Assembly: GCA_010015585.1 (NCBI GenBank)
Contig: ML975155.1
Origin: Eremomyces bilateralis CBS 781.70
Lineage: Eukaryota
Strand: one strand, 5' to 3'
DNA: 64,000 nt
Position 1 is the stretch's first letter, and the number at the start of each line of letters is the position of its first letter. The notes under the pieces were generated by a model, which saw nothing but the letters and a program-made list of their open reading frames with translations, was not told where the DNA came from and did not search any database. Shown here piece by piece: positions 11,500-23,754 of the stretch. The position numbers and the translations under genes are program-made.

Positions 11500-13001
11500 A
11501 TGAATTTAGACGCTGACGATGACGATGTTCCCCAACTCCTGGCCTCCAACCCCAAGGATGAGGTCGAGCAAGCTCTGGATGGCCAGATTGAAGATTTGAA
11601 TCTGGTTAAAGTCCCGATCACAATTGTTACTGGTACGATACAGATCCATATGTCTCGTCGGTTCTTTAAGTTCCGGTCATATTGCCCTCCAAGCAGAATT
11701 GCTCGATTCTATATCCACTCGATCACGGAACAAGGACATATAAAACGATTCGCATGTATCCGGACTGACAAGAGCAAGGATACCTGGGGTCCGGAAAGAC
11801 TACCCTTCTCAACTACATCCTTAACGAGCGCCACGGCAAGAAAATCGCCGTCATCCTAAACGGCATGCACCCCGTTCCTCCCCTCCAACACCCCTACTAA
11901 CCTCCTCCAGAATTCGGCGACTGTGCGTAAACTTCTACTAACCTAACCTCTCTCCTTTCAACTAACCATCCGCACCCCCAGCCGCGGACATCGAAAAATC
12001 CCTCACCGTCTCCCACTCCGGCCAGCAGGTCGAAGAATGGCTCGAACTCTCCAACGGCTGCCTCTGCTGCAGCGTCAAAGACACCGGCGTCAACGCCATC
12101 GAGGCCCTCATGGCGCGCCGCGGCGCCTTTGACTACATCCTCCTCGAAACCACGGGGCTCGCGGACCCGGGCAACATCGCGCCGCTGTTCTGGGTCGACG
12201 AGGGGCTGGGAAGCAGTATTTACTTGGACGGCATCGTGACGTTGGTGGATGCGAAGAATCTGGTGAGGGAGTTGGACCATTCGGTGGGGGAGGAGTGTGT
12301 GGAGGGCGGGCACGGGGCGGTGATGACCACGGCGCATCTGCAGATCAGCCACGCGGACTCGATTATTGTGAATAAGGCGGATTTGGTGAGCGCGGAGGAA
12401 TTAGCGGCGGTAACGGCGCGGGTACGGGCGATCAACAGCGTGGCTCGGGTGGAGGTGACGAGCCATAGTCGCGTGCCGGTGTTGGAGGGGTGGTTGTTGG
12501 ATCTGCATGCATATGATCGCGTGGATGGGGAGGGGTTGGAGTTCGCGGAGAAGGGCCATAGTCATTTGGATCCGGTGGGTTTTGCGTTTCTCTCTCCTAC
12601 TCTCTCTACTACTACTACACGTAACTATAAGGAGCGGAAACTGACCTAGACAGACCATCTCAACGATCATGATCCCCGTGCCACCGGTCGCGGAAACGCA
12701 CCTCGACGCACTGGACCGATGGCTGCGCTCCGTGCTCTGGGAATCGGAACTGCCAGTACCGGATGGGACGATGCCACCGTCATTCGAGGTGCATCGGCTG
12801 AAAGGCCTGCTCGCGCTCACCGACGGCTCCCGGAAAGTCATCCAGGGCGTCCGCGAGGTGTTCGAGATCCTCGACGGCGGCGGGCCCGCAGAGTCGGGAG
12901 CGGATGGCTCGGGGGGAGCGGCAGAGGGGAAACTCGTGCTTATCGGGCGAGGGTTGGAGAAGGGGTTGTTCACGACGAGCTTACATCACGCGCTACAATG
13001 A
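11500..13001 (+). CDS. CobW/COG0523 (ZNG1-like) zinc metallochaperone GTPase. Exons 11500-11632, 11779-11862, 11911-11922, 11982-12574, 12654-13001
   Basis: Spliced product has [22 protein letters not shown], the metal motif [20 protein letters not shown] and a CobW_C region ([24 protein letters not shown]). Confidence 0.92.
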
Positions 13002-13434
13002 CGTCGCATCTGATACGTAGACACGCACCGCAACCGAATCATGAGGATCTTGGTATTAGCCTTCCCGTTTCTCAACTACAGGTGGGAAAATAAAGAAGAG
13101 ATATAAACGCTAGTCCATAGTGGTACAGAAACCAACAAATCCTTCGCACCTGTCACCCGTCATCAATATCAAAAAAAACAGGCGGTTGCAAACAATAACA
13201 CCAAGGTTTCTTCTTTTGGCGGCGTCAGCTTCGCCCTCCCCATCACGCGCTAATAAGAACCGAAAAGTTAAAATGGCGAAACAGGAGCTCTTGCAAGGAG
13301 AGAAAGAGTTATGAGGCGGACCCAGGGCGTGACGAAGTGGCGTGCATATACGTGAGTCGCGTGTCGAAAGACCCGGAATCCAGGATTTTAGGAGGGGGCG
13401 TTCTCCAACATCTCACCCGCGCGGAGCGGAGTTA

Positions 13435-15890
13435 TCAGGACGAACTGGAGTAGGCCTGCTTGATGTCCTTCTCGTATTTCGTGACGATGGGCTTGCGCTG
13501 TAGTTTTAGCGCAGAGGTGATCAGGCCCTAGATGTCGAGATCGCCGGTCAGCATATCGTCGTTTCAATCGCAAAGGAGAAAGAGTGCGCGATGGAATCAA
13601 AGGGAGGTAGGGGAAGGGAAATAAAACTCACATTCTGCGGCGTCCACTCCTCATCCGCCAACACCACCCCCTCGATCAACTCGATCCCCCGCAACCCCCC
13701 TTTCCTTCCCACGTCGAGCAGCTCCTTCAGCACGGCGGAGATGAGCTTCTTGTCGTGCACAAGATCCTCCAGATGCTCGCCCGCGATGCCCAGGCTCCCC
13801 GCGAGCTCCTTGAGCGCCTTCTCGACGGGGACGATGATCGCGATGGGCTTGTGCTTGTCGGCGGCGGCGTACACGCAGATGTTGAAGACGACGGGGGAGG
13901 CGCGGTAGATGGATTCGAGCTGGTGAAATATACGTTAGGATCGAGGTGCATTTGAGTCGGACGCCCGGGGGGAATCATACCTTCTCCAGCGCGATATACT
14001 CCCCATTCAGCGTCTTCACCAGGTTCTTCTTCCGATCGATGATCTTCAGCTCCCCACGGTCCGAGAACTCCCCGATGTCCCCCGTCCGGAACCAGCCGTC
14101 CGCGGTGAACTCGGTGCGGTTCTCCTCCTCCAGATCCAAGTACCCCGACGAGACGGGGGCCCCGCGGATCAGGATCTCGCCTTGGGGCGGGGTGCTGGCG
14201 GTAGAGTAGCCGGCGTCGGGGAAGTCGATGAGCTTGATCTCGACGGAGGCGGGGATCTCGCCGAGGGCTTCGGTCGTCCAGGAGAAGGGGTCCATGAGGG
14301 CGCCCATGCTAAAAACACGTTAGTTTCCCAGAATCCCAAAGTTTGGTGGAGTGGGAACGTACCCAGTGGTCTCCGTCAGCCCGTAGCCGAGGATCATCGG
14401 CGTCACGGCCATGGAGATGAATCTCTGCGTGTCCCTCGCCACCGGCCCACCGCCATTCAGCGCGATTCGTAACCTCCCTCCGGTCGCCTCCCGCACTTTA
14501 CTAAACACCACCGCATCCAGCACCGCGGTCCCCGGCAACCCCTTCGACGTCAGGAACGACTTCGCCGCCATGGCGCCCCAGAACAAGTTCTTCGTTATGG
14601 CGCTCCCAGCGTTCACCTTCCCGATGATGCCTTTCTTGACGGATTCCCAGACGGCGGGAACGCCGACGAGGATAGTAGGGCGGGCCTCGCGGATGTCGCC
14701 GGCGCAGTTGCGCATGTTGACGTCGGAGAGGGTGCGCTGGTTGCCGTACGCCATGGTGCCGCCCCAGAAGAGCACGGCGTTCTCGAACACGAATTCGAGG
14801 ATGTGCGCGAGGGGGAGGTAGGTGAGGAGGACGTCGCCGGGGCCGAGGTAGGGGCCGACGATGACGTCGACACCGGCGACTGGGATGGTTAGCTTGGATG
14901 AGGATTGGGAAGGCGAGGGACTCACTTGCGGCGACGACGCTGCTGTGCTTCACTAACACGCCCTTCGGTGGTCCGGTCGATCCGGAGGTGTACATCACGC
15001 AGCATAAATCTTCGGGCTTCGGAGGGATGGGATCGATGGGGTTGTCTTCGCCCAATTTCCGCAGCTCCTCCCAGCTATGGACGGTGATGTGGGGGAACGC
15101 GGCCTTGAGGTTGTCGATGTCCTCCCGCTTGACCTCCACAGCGGTGTCGTAGATGACGTGGGTGAGCGAGGTGGCGTCCTTGAGCGGCATGTGGAGTTGG
15201 GGGAGGAGAGCCGGGTCACAGTAGATGGCTTTCGCGCTGGTTTGCAGGAGGGAGTGGCGGACGCCTTCGGGACCGAGGGTGTCGTATGCGGTGACGATGG
15301 GCATGGATTGCGACAATGCACCTAGAGGATTAGCGACCTCTCGTATTGGAGGAATTCCAGCTTACCATGAGCGGTCATGAGCCAGTGCGAGCTACAAATG
15401 ATATTAGTTGACACGCCATGAAACCCTGAGAAGAAACGTCATACCTAGTTGCGGCAAAAAACTCCAACTTATCCCCCGCCTCCAACCCCAACTTCCTCAA
15501 ACCAGCCCCCATCTGCAACGCGATGGTCTCAAACTCCACGAAGCTCACATAGCTATACGGGCTGACCTCGAAGAACGACCAGGTCTTCTCCACCTCGGTC
15601 TCCTCGCCGTCCACAATCTTCTTCACCTTCTTGATTTCCTTGTGCTCCTTGATGAGCTTTCGGGTGCCGGCGGCCTTCGCGTTGCCGAACTTCGAGGACG
15701 CGTACTTGAGCAGCTCGTACATGGTGGAGACGTCATCGGTGGGGCAGGTTTTGAGGCCGTCTTTGGCACGGATGTGGCGGCGGGGGAGAGTCTCACCGTC
15801 GATGGGTTCGGCACCGGGGACTTCGACGGTGACGGGGCCGGTTTTGTAGCTCCGGGGGAGGGGGGCCATGGTTTTGAGGTTGGGAGACAT
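13435..15890 (-). CDS. FAA1: Long-chain fatty acyl-CoA synthetase (Faa1/Faa4 family). Exons 15890-15445, 15391-15366, 15321-14926, 14879-14363, 14308-13981, 13919-13632, 13527-13435
   Basis: AMP-binding motif MYTSGSTGPPKGV, YLPLAHILE, GYGLTET and GWFRTGDIG..IIDRKKNLVKTLNGEYIALEKLES. All six introns are canonical and in phase. Confidence 0.95.
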
Positions 15891-17852
15891 GGTGGCGGTG
15901 TGGGGGGGTAGAGGAATATGGAGGAGCAATGAATGGATAGTGGATTCAGAGAATGAGAGGAGAAAGAGTTAGAGAATGGGAATGGAATGAGGATAAGGAT
16001 GAAGATGAAGATTGAGGATGTACTGCAACTGTACGGTACGGATGAAGCTAGAGCCTCCCGGTTTGGCGGTTGGCGTCTGAAGGCAGAGAGGCGCAACTGA
16101 CCAGGAAAAGCAAAAGAACAGCCAGAACTGAGCAAGAATGAATGAGAATGGGATCCCAGAGATCTGATGAGTGAGGTCTTGATAGTTGGGGCCAGAGAGG
16201 GAAGAGAGTCGAGAGAGCGAGATGGTTGAGCCGAATGGGGAGAAGCAGCAGCAGTGGAGCAGTCAGTGGCCCGTGGAGGTCGCAGTTGCTGAGCTGTGCG
16301 TCACTCTGGGGAACCGATTTGCCAGACGCTAAGAGAATCTCGTCTCTAATGCAGAGTAATTCTCCAATTCCTCTCCAATCTCCTCTGCTTGCTTACGGTT
16401 ATTAAGTATTAAACTGAGTATCCCCGGTCTGCTAGCTCAGCTTGTCGTCCCAGAACGTCCCTTGCCTCAGGAAATGCCTAGGCTATGGCCGGGATTTTAA
16501 TTTTTACCGCGACGGATGGCCGGGAGAGTTGGGGAGATGATCGGGGTCCACTACACCCTTTCGGTAACTCAGTAATCTCAGTCACTATGAGCCGAATCTC
16601 GTCTGGTCGTCGTTTCAGGTCTCTTCATCCGATGTGGGTGAATCCAAAGGGAAGTTACGCTATGGATGGAACCACGAACAAGAATTAACAAACAGTTTGA
16701 ACCACCAGACGTCACACAACCGGTATAGGCTTCAGCTTGTACTTATATCCCACCATCCCATCCCAATTCCCATCCCCCAATCCCTCAGAGAGGCAGAAAC
16801 CCTCCCAGAAACGGCATCGGTAGCTCTAGACGCTCCGTCTCCCACCTCCAGGCAACCTCGTGTCCCAGCTCCCAGGCCATCTCCAAACGTCCGTCATCCA
16901 GATGCCCCCCGCTCCCAGCCACGCACGCTGGTTGGTACTTGGTCATCCGCAGCATCAGCGCGGCGTTTGGTGCTGGTCTTGGGGGCCTTGGGGAGTTTCG
17001 TAACTTCCGTGCGTTTTTGGGGGTTGGCGCCGCCAAGATGCACGGCATTGCGGCGATGGTGCGTTCCGCTTGGTCGCGAGCGTTGGTGGTCTTGGGTATA
17101 TGACCAACAGTATTAAGGAGGGGGTGGCCGGCATTATGGCCAACGTGGTTCCGGTACCTGGAGGCTTAGGGATTACGACGGATGCTTATAGGCCGAGTGG
17201 GAGACCTTTGATAGGAGTGTCGGATGCCGTTCTGGGGAAGGTGGAAATGATGATTCACTTATGATCTCGTCGTTGATGCGAGACATTCACAAATCAACAA
17301 CGCTGGAGTTCTCTCTCCGGTCTCTGCAAGCCACGCCTCCATGTCCCGCGCAAAGTCGCCATACATTCCAAGTCCCAAGTCCCAAGAGACATTCACGTAC
17401 CGCGACCAAACCATATGACCTGGTGACCATGGCTTCCTCTAGCTCCGTTCCTCGTCTCCGCACTCTAACAGCTCCTTCGAACGGAGCCGGACCCAGAATC
17501 ACGAACGCACATCTTCACTTGATGCGTCTTCTCAGGATATCCACTCCGTTTCAGTTTTCAGTTGTCACCCATGACGAAACCATACGCTTAGCAAATGCCC
17601 TTACTGGGTACTTCAGCAGGGGAGATCATAGTCTCAATGATGATGCGGGGTGAGCTTGCGTATGCGTAGTGTGCAGGACGCACCAATTCAGAGTCCATAA
17701 TTAGCTTTGGGGCGATGACCGAGTCAGCGTGAAGACTGGAGACTGAAGAATCGCAAGCTTCCCCGCCCCAACAGGCAACAACGCTCCCTACACGAAAAGC
17801 GCTGCAGTCCTGCAGGCGTGGCTGCACCGCATCAGATCGTCGAAGCTAGCTA

Positions 17853-18982
17853 ATGGAGGAATCACCGCCATCGGACCGCCTCTCCGACCTTGGTGACGAA
17901 GTGGTCGATATTGACGACGGTACGCACCTCACCATCCATCCCACCCAACACCTATCGCTCCTACAACCACAATCCCCTCCCAATTCCGCTCACCTTCGCT
18001 TACCCCCTTCTAGAATGCTACTCCCTCTTTTCCCACCCCCTCCCCTCCCAGAATCTTGGCATCCTCGACCCCGACGCCCCCGAGCTGCACCTGGACGTCG
18101 CGGGCCGCGCGTGCTCGATCCGCCAGTCGCCAGGTCTCCTCCGCTCGAATCGCGGCGGCGGTACCACGGGCGCGGGTGAGATCCTCCTCTCCTCCCCATC
18201 CATCTCCTCCCACCCATCTCCTCCCATCCATCTCCCCGACGGTAGTTCGCGCATGTAGGAGATTCAGGTATCAGATATCAGAGTGAACCGCGCTGACGTG
18301 GGTCCGTGCTACAGTCCTATGGAAAGTCTCCCCCCCCCTGGCCACCTGGCTCGCCTCTCCCACGAACCCCCTCTTCCGCCTCGACATCCTTAATTCCCAC
18401 TCCCACGTCGTTGAGCTCGGCGCCGGCGTCGCTGGCATCGTCGCGCTGGCGCTCGCGCCGCGCGTGTGTCGGTATGTCGCGACAGATCAGGACTACGTGC
18501 TGCGGACGCTAAGGGGAAATATCGCGGAGAATGGGACTATGATGGGGGGGGCAGGGAAGGGGAAAGGGGGGAGGAAGCGGGTGGGCGGAGAGATTGAGAC
18601 GATGGTGTTGGATTGGGAGGTGGATGAGGTGGAGGGGATTGCGCGGGCGTTAAGGGGGCATGTGAACGCGCATGATGGGGGGGAGCATATCGATCTGGTG
18701 ATCGCGTGCGACTGCGTGTATAACGAGGCGCTGATCGAGCCGTTCGTGGCGACGTGTGCGGATCTGTGTCGGCTGGCGGAGCGGGAGGGGGAGGGAAATG
18801 GGGAGGGACGGCGGCGGACGGTGGTGCTCGTTGCGCAGCAGTTGCGGTCGGCGGAGGTATTTGAGGGGTGGTTAGGGCGGTTTGCGGAGGAGTTTCGGGT
18901 GTGGCGGGTGCGGGATGCGGAGGTGGGGGAGGGGTTGAGAGGGGGGGAGGGGTTTGTGGTGCATGTTGGGGTATTGAGGTAG
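17853..18982 (+). CDS. Seven-beta-strand protein lysine methyltransferase, Rkm5-like. Exons 17853-17919, 18014-18175, 18315-18982
   Basis: IRQSPGLLRSNRGGGTTGAVLWKVSP, VVELGAGVAG (SAM motif I), ATDQ, LDWE and DLVIACDCVYNEAL. Confidence 0.85.
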
Positions 18983-19697
18983 GGAGGAGGTTCGGTTACT
19001 GTGGTGGATAGTTGGGGTTGCTGTCTGCTGTCTGCGTCGACTGCGAAGGTGAGTGTCTCGTCATAGGACTGTGGCTAGCGATATTCCCAAGGGTTCCGAC
19101 ACCGATGGAGGGTTCGGATGAACGACGACCATATGAAACCAGGCATAAGGAAATGAATCCAAGAAACGCAGCAACATCAAATCCTTAGAACCGGTAGGTA
19201 CCATACTTAACTAAAGACCTGGCAACTGCTTTCCTGAATGATCCATACCGATATACCCCAACTCTCGAAATAATGGTGACATCTACGGTACCCTTACGCG
19301 GTAGTGCAAGAACCAAAGCGAGGATGAATTCATTGATAGATGATTCGGATCGGAAAGGCGGGGAACCAGTCAGACATCGGATATCGGATATCGGAAGATG
19401 GTGCATGTTTTCTGGCATGCTTTCTTGCATGCGTAGGTTGGATACAAGTGACAGGGAGGGTGTTGTCGATACATGGTGGAGATGGAGAGGAGAGGGAAAC
19501 GAGAGGAGTTATTGACGCTGGATGATTTTCACTCACACCCCCATGATTCATTATCGCCTCTCCCTCTCGTCTCCTTTCTCCCCCTCTCCTTTCTCTCCCT
19601 CACCGTCACACCAACTAACAACTAGACACGGAGGCAAGTCTAATCCCATTCCGGTTTAGCGCCCTTGGAAGAGCCTCGAAAGTCGAAACACCCACTC

Positions 19698-19738
19698 TGC
19701 CGCCTTGCCGCCTTGCCGCCTTGTTGCCTTGCCGCCTT
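19698..19738. repeat. 8-bp tandem repeat (GCCGCCTT)~5
   Basis: gccgccttgccgccttgccgccttgttgccttgccgcctt upstream of the Set3-like gene. Confidence 0.85.
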
Positions 19739-20652
19739 CGATTCCATCTCTGCACCTCTGTGATTGGCTGAGATGATTGGAACCTCGCTGGCTCGTTGGG
19801 TCTTTTGGCTCCCTGGGCGAATTTGGCCGCCATTTTGGACGGTGCATCCGACTATGGTGGCTTCTCGGGGCTTTGGCGTCTCCTGTTGGCTCTCTTCGTC
19901 GCCCAGCTCCTCTCCTACTCGTCTCCCTCCTACTGTCCAGTGTCCACTACTACACTGGTCTCCCTCCCTCTCAGGCATCTCTACTCTTTACTCTCTAGTC
20001 TCTACTCTCTAGTCTCTACACACCAAAACGCCTTCTGAACATCTTCAATCCTCTCCTTCCCATTCCATTTTTACCCTCCAACTCCCTCCACTCCCACCGT
20101 TCTCAACTCTTTCATCCATCAGAAGGATCGCATCCTTTCTCTGAATCCATCTAGGCCTTTTTCTCCCCCTCAGCTGCTCCCGCTGCTCCCAGAAGGCCAA
20201 TCTTGCCAATCCTCCACTTCCCCTCAACCATCGCCTCCTCACTACCGCCTCCTCTTCCTCCACCAATCCTCCAAATCGACGCGAGATATTCCAGTGCTTC
20301 ATCGAGGACCCATCCGACGCGGCTTCTGATGCGTGAAATACCCTGTCCTGGGAAGTTGGATCCGTCGTACACCTTATCAGCTCCTCGCCACATCACCGCG
20401 TCCTTGCAGAACCCTCTTCCAACGGCTCCATCCCATCACACACCTGCCACGGGGCATTCAGAGCCATTTGGAGGCCAGTCTTCCATTGACCGGGTCGTTA
20501 GCAGGCGTCACGGTCAAGATTGCGCCGTGTCTTAGGGCCATCTCGTCGACCGGCTCTTTGCGCCCGACATGAGAATCCCACCGACGCCCTCCTAAACCGC
20601 GAAAACTCCCCATCACCACAACACCTGAGATCATCCCGACTCAGAGCGTATT

Positions 20653-23600
20653 ATGACCGACATCTCATCATTGATGCCGCATGCTGACTCCCAGCTGAAC
20701 TCGATTCCCCCCTTCGCGTCCGCGTCCGCTTCCGCCCCTTCCGACCCTCCTTCACACCCCGACACCAATGGTCAATTCCCTCAGGTCGACGGCGTGGCCG
20801 AAGGCGAGGAATCCTCCATCATCAAGTGCTTCTGCGGCTACCTGGACGACGATGGCAATACCGTGCTGTGCGAGGTATGCAACACGTGGCAACACATCGA
20901 GTGCTACTACCCCAACGTCGACGTTCCCGAGGAGCACTTCTGCCTCGACTGCTCCTCGAGTCCCCAGGCCGTCGACGTGAAGGCCGCCACCGAGCGCCAG
21001 CGCCGCCTCCGCGAGCTGCAGAGCGTCGAGGAGCGGAAGGCCCGTCGCGCGCCCGGGAAGACCCAGAAGAAGCGCGCCAACGTCAAGGAGTCGGGGCCGC
21101 CGTACATCAACGGATGGACGCACGAGGGAAGGGAACGCGCGAGTGGAAGCCCGAAGGAGGAACCGCCGTTAAAACGACCGAAGACGAGCCATCGCGCGTC
21201 CGGATCGGTCAGCTCGTTGAACCAGACGCGAAAACGAGCCGGCTCCGGGTTGCCGGCGAAGCAGAGTCCGACCGTCTCGCCGCCGACCCTCAACGGATAT
21301 TCCGGCGATTACTTTTCACCCGAATTCATGCAGTTACATCGTCAGCAGGCGGCGTTCTCGCCCATCGAATCGAACTCATACACCGGCTTGAACATTCCCG
21401 ATAGTCTACATAACTGGTTGAAGGATCCGGACGCACTAGGCGACGCGACGCACGGGAAGACGCCGGCGGCAATCTTCCAGCGGATCGACACGCCGTTCGA
21501 GGAGTTGGAGAAGCAGGCACCGAGCATCACAAAACATAGCGTGGAAGAAAAATCCATCACGGTGCAAGATCAGCATCCGATTCTGCAATGGTTAGCCATC
21601 GACTCCGCCGTCCCTCCGAACGCATACGTTGGCGAGTTAAAAGGCCGCATCGGACTGCAAGACGAATATTTCAACGATCCGTCGAACCGATGGGACGTCC
21701 TCCACCACCCCGAGCCGTTCGTGTTCTTCCCCCCTCACCTTCCGATTTACATCGATGCCCGAACTGAAGGCAGCCAGCTTCGGTATGTGCGCCGCAGCTG
21801 TCAACCGAACCTTCGCATGCAGATCATCATCGCGGACGACACAAACTACCATTTCTGCTTCGTGTCGAAATGCGAGATCAACGCCGGCGACGAGTTAACG
21901 GTGGCATGGGACCTCGACGAAAAGACGCGCCAAATCCTCCATCATTCTGTCTCGAACGGCAACGCCCGAAAAGAAGGCATCCACGGTGCCGACGACGCAT
22001 ACATCTCCCACTGGGCGACGGGCGTTCTGGTGAACTTCGGCGGCTGTGCCTGCACGCGCCCCCAAGGGGTCTGCTGGCTGGAGCGGTTCGACCGTCGGAA
22101 CAACCAGCACTGGAAAGACGCGTCGACGACGCTGAAGCCGAAGGGGAAGAAGGGGAAAAAGGGCGCTAACCAGGCGTCCCCGCTCAGCACAGGGCATGCG
22201 ACGAACAGCCGTGCCGGCAGTGAAGCGATCCGCGACGAGCCAGACGAGGAGAACGGCGACGGACGCTCGGCCACGGGCTCTTCGAAGAGCAAACCGGCGA
22301 GCCGCGACATCACGCCGATGATGCATGTCGACGGGATGAAAAACGAGCTCTCGGGCCGCGACCGGAAGAAGCTGCAGGACGTGGAAAAGCTGTTCAAGCA
22401 GCAGGAATATGAGGAGCAGCACGGCCGCAAGAAGAAGCGCAACAGCGGCGGCTCGGCGCTCAACACGCCCACCGTCGCCACGTCAAGTAGTCGCTCCGAC
22501 GTCAGCGATCCCCGCCGCCGCGGCTCCTCCGTCAAGAAGCAATTCCCTGACTTCGCCCACCCGTCCCCCACCGCCTCCACCGCGCGATCGCCTTCCCACC
22601 TCCCCAACGGCGTCGCGCACGCCCCCTCCCCGCTCCACCCCGCCCGACTCAAGCATCCCCGCGCCGAGTACACCAGCATGTCGACGCAGACGGACCCCGA
22701 CGCCAGCGTGTGGATCCCCTCCCCCGTGCGCGCCACGCCCAAGGGACCGATCCTCTCCCGCAAGCGGCGCCTGCTCGAGCGCGCGCGCCGCGACCGCATC
22801 TGTCGTCTGGAGGCTAGCGAAAGTCAAAGTCAAAGTCCGCACATCCCATCAACGGCGTCATCGCCGACGCAGATTAAAGCCGAGCCCGCCGCGACCAAAG
22901 ATGCCGAGTCCGACACGGCGATGCCGCCGCCGCGGGTGCTGTCCGAGCCTGATCCCGCGTCGACGAGCGTGCCGGAGATCGAGATGCCGGACGTCGACGA
23001 CACCAACGGGGACGGGGATGGGGAAAATGTAATACCACCCCCCACCGAATCCGAACCCGCACCACGCGATCCGCCCCCGTTACCTACCGCCGCGATCGTG
23101 ACCACGAAGTCCGAATCGCCACATCCCCTCGCGCCACCCTGGCCATCCGACAAAGCGCCTGCCCCCTCCTCCGACCAAACGGCCCCTCCCCCATCCGAAT
23201 TCTCCCCCGTCATCTCCCCGCGGACCGCCCTCCCTCCCCTCCCCACAATCGCCACCACCATATCCCCCGCGCCACCGCATCCACTACCGACGCCCTCCCC
23301 GAGCATCCTCCCTACGCTCTCCACCACCACCACCAACTCCACCACCAGCAATTCCACGACCCAAACCCCCTCCAACGCCAACTCCACCTCCAACCATCTC
23401 ACCGACTCCCCATACACCCTCCCTCCCCTCCCCCCACTCCTCTCCCCCTCCCTCACCCACGCCCTCGGCCCCTCCCCGCTCAAGAAGAAAATGAGCCTGT
23501 CCGACTACACGAATCGGAAGAAGAAGGCGGCGGGGGCGGGGGCGGGGAAACCGAGTCGATGGTCGGAGGGGGATGGGAAGGAGGAAGGGAAGGAGGGGGA

Positions 23601-23754
23601 TAGAAAGGAGGAGGAGGAGGGGAAGGAGGGGGAGAGAAGGGGGGAGGTGGATAGTCCGATGATGGATGCGGTGACGGAGGAGGGGGATTCGACATCGACG
23701 ACCCGGGAGGCGAAAGTGGAGGAGGAGGAAGGGGATGCGATGGCGGTGGATTGA
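20653..23754 (+). CDS. Set3/Set4-like PHD-finger and SET-domain protein
   Basis: 1033-aa ORF with a PHD finger (IKCFCGYLDDDGNTVLCEVCNTWQHIECY..CLDC), a SET domain (IDARTEGSQLRYVRRSCQPN, GDELTVAWD) and C-terminal KKKMSLSDY. Confidence 0.92.
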   Translation: MTDISSLMPHADSQLNSIPPFASASASAPSDPPSHPDTNGQFPQVDGVAEGEESSIIKCFCGYLDDDGNTVLCEVCNTWQHIECYYPNVDVPEEHFCLDCSSSPQAVDVKAATERQRRLRELQSVEERKARRAPGKTQKKRANVKESGPPYINGWTHEGRERASGSPKEEPPLKRPKTSHRASGSVSSLNQTRKRAGSGLPAKQSPTVSPPTLNGYSGDYFSPEFMQLHRQQAAFSPIESNSYTGLNIPDSLHNWLKDPDALGDATHGKTPAAIFQRIDTPFEELEKQAPSITKHSVEEKSITVQDQHPILQWLAIDSAVPPNAYVGELKGRIGLQDEYFNDPSNRWDVLHHPEPFVFFPPHLPIYIDARTEGSQLRYVRRSCQPNLRMQIIIADDTNYHFCFVSKCEINAGDELTVAWDLDEKTRQILHHSVSNGNARKEGIHGADDAYISHWATGVLVNFGGCACTRPQGVCWLERFDRRNNQHWKDASTTLKPKGKKGKKGANQASPLSTGHATNSRAGSEAIRDEPDEENGDGRSATGSSKSKPASRDITPMMHVDGMKNELSGRDRKKLQDVEKLFKQQEYEEQHGRKKKRNSGGSALNTPTVATSSSRSDVSDPRRRGSSVKKQFPDFAHPSPTASTARSPSHLPNGVAHAPSPLHPARLKHPRAEYTSMSTQTDPDASVWIPSPVRATPKGPILSRKRRLLERARRDRICRLEASESQSQSPHIPSTASSPTQIKAEPAATKDAESDTAMPPPRVLSEPDPASTSVPEIEMPDVDDTNGDGDGENVIPPPTESEPAPRDPPPLPTAAIVTTKSESPHPLAPPWPSDKAPAPSSDQTAPPPSEFSPVISPRTALPPLPTIATTISPAPPHPLPTPSPSILPTLSTTTTNSTTSNSTTQTPSNANSTSNHLTDSPYTLPPLPPLLSPSLTHALGPSPLKKKMSLSDYTNRKKKAAGAGAGKPSRWSEGDGKEEGKEGDRKEEEEGKEGERRGEVDSPMMDAVTEEGDSTSTTREAKVEEEEGDAMAVD

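Noticed and set aside
4385..15890. Secondary-metabolite cluster (PPTase plus adenylate-forming enzyme)
   Set aside because: The PPTase is the AcpS-type housekeeping enzyme and the ligase is a Faa1 orthologue; no PKS or NRPS is in the window.
16430..16520. tRNA- or snRNA-like start (TAGCTCAG.., AATTTTT)
   Set aside because: No T-arm or cloverleaf and no U1/U2/U4/U5/U6 signature sequences.
16634..17653. Small genes between FAA1 and the Rkm5-like gene
   Set aside because: Short overlapping ORFs on both strands with no recognisable motif or consistent splice model.
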